DNA of 32,000 nucleotides from Candidatus Saccharimonadota bacterium (GTDB lineage Bacteria; Pseudomonadota; Gammaproteobacteria; Enterobacterales; Enterobacteriaceae): NCBI RefSeq assembly GCF_000185985.2, contig NC_014909.2, positions 420,001 to 452,000 of the forward strand, read 5' to 3'. Shown piece by piece: positions 31,722 to 32,000 of this stretch (position 1 is its first letter; each line of letters starts with the position of its first letter). The notes under the pieces were generated by a model. It saw only the letters and a program-made list of their open reading frames with translations, ran no database searches and was not told where the DNA came from. The position numbers and the translations under genes were made by a program.

Positions 31722-32000
31722 TTATAATTCGACGCGAAATAATTCACAAAAATTAGATGTAGTAATAGATGCTATTTCATCTAGAGAAATTTTCTTTATA
31801 TCAGAAATATATCGAGCAATATCATATACATAAGCAGGTTGATTTTCTAAACCTCTATAAGGAACAGGAGTAAGATAAGGAGAATCTGTTTCTAATAACA
31901 TTCGATTCTCTGGTACGTATTGAATAACTTTTTTAAAATTATCAATATTTTTAAATGTTACCATCCCAGAAAAAGATATATAAAAATTCATATTCAATAA
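31722..32000 (-). CDS. ycfH: TatD-family metal-dependent hydrolase YcfH, C-terminal part; the CDS continues beyond the right edge of the window
   Basis: FYISFSGMVTFKNIDNFKKVIQYVPENRMLLETDSPYLTPVPYRGLENQPAYV compares with E. coli YcfH [53 protein letters not shown]. The reading frame is open to position 32000. Confidence 0.85.
   Translation of the reverse strand, partial: LLNMNFYISFSGMVTFKNIDNFKKVIQYVPENRMLLETDSPYLTPVPYRGLENQPAYVYDIARYISDIKKISLDEIASITTSNFCELFRVEL

Overview
This window is about 22-25% GC, gene-dense, uses the standard genetic code (Trp is TGG, no in-frame TGA) and encodes Asn/Ile/Lys-rich proteins. That is the signature of a reduced-genome gammaproteobacterial (Enterobacterales-derived) insect endosymbiont. 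A Wigglesworthia-like organism is a reasonable guess, but I cannot confirm it without a database search.

Almost every large ORF is a recognisable housekeeping or envelope gene. Gene order follows two E. coli blocks with intervening genes deleted:
- Block 1: kdsB-ycaR-lpxK-msbA-[ihfB/ycaI lost]-rpsA-cmk-aroA-serC-...-serS-[rarA lost]-lolA-ftsK-[lrp lost]-trxB-[cydDC/aat lost]-infA.
- Block 2: mnmA-[hflD lost]-purB ... lolE-lolD-lolC ... lpoB-[ycfL lost]-hinT ... ycfH.

The envelope toolkit is well preserved: the Lol lipoprotein pathway, the LPS genes msbA/lpxK/kdsB, mltE and lpoB. I found no tRNA, rRNA, CRISPR array, IS element or prophage.

Three loci break synteny and are the interesting part:
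1. 262-2511 encodes a 749-aa inverse autotransporter (intimin/invasin-type beta-barrel). Its C-terminal passenger is a low-complexity Asn/Ser/Thr-rich region rather than an Ig-domain array. It carries a GC-rich Pro6-Met-Pro tract and a weak thymosin/WH2-like KLRCTSE motif, so it may be a surface-displayed ligand for the host cytoskeleton or host SH3 domains.
2. 19596-21788 encodes a TonB-dependent receptor with the CxxxM...HxM signature described for the copper importer OprC.
3. 22136-22777, divergently transcribed from that receptor, encodes a ToxR/CadC-like membrane-anchored winged-helix regulator. Its periplasmic sensor is reduced to about 35 aa containing CC-x5-CxxC. The pair looks like a compact, undescribed metal-sensing and uptake module.

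Other observations:
- FtsK ends right after the motor beta-domain, so it lacks the KOPS/XerD-interacting gamma domain.
- The LpoB-like protein lacks the long Pro-rich linker.
- Two unusually long non-coding spacers (580 bp and 750 bp) are present.
- A/T homopolymer runs appear to stop at 9 nt.
- serS contains an in-frame perfect 22-nt repeat.
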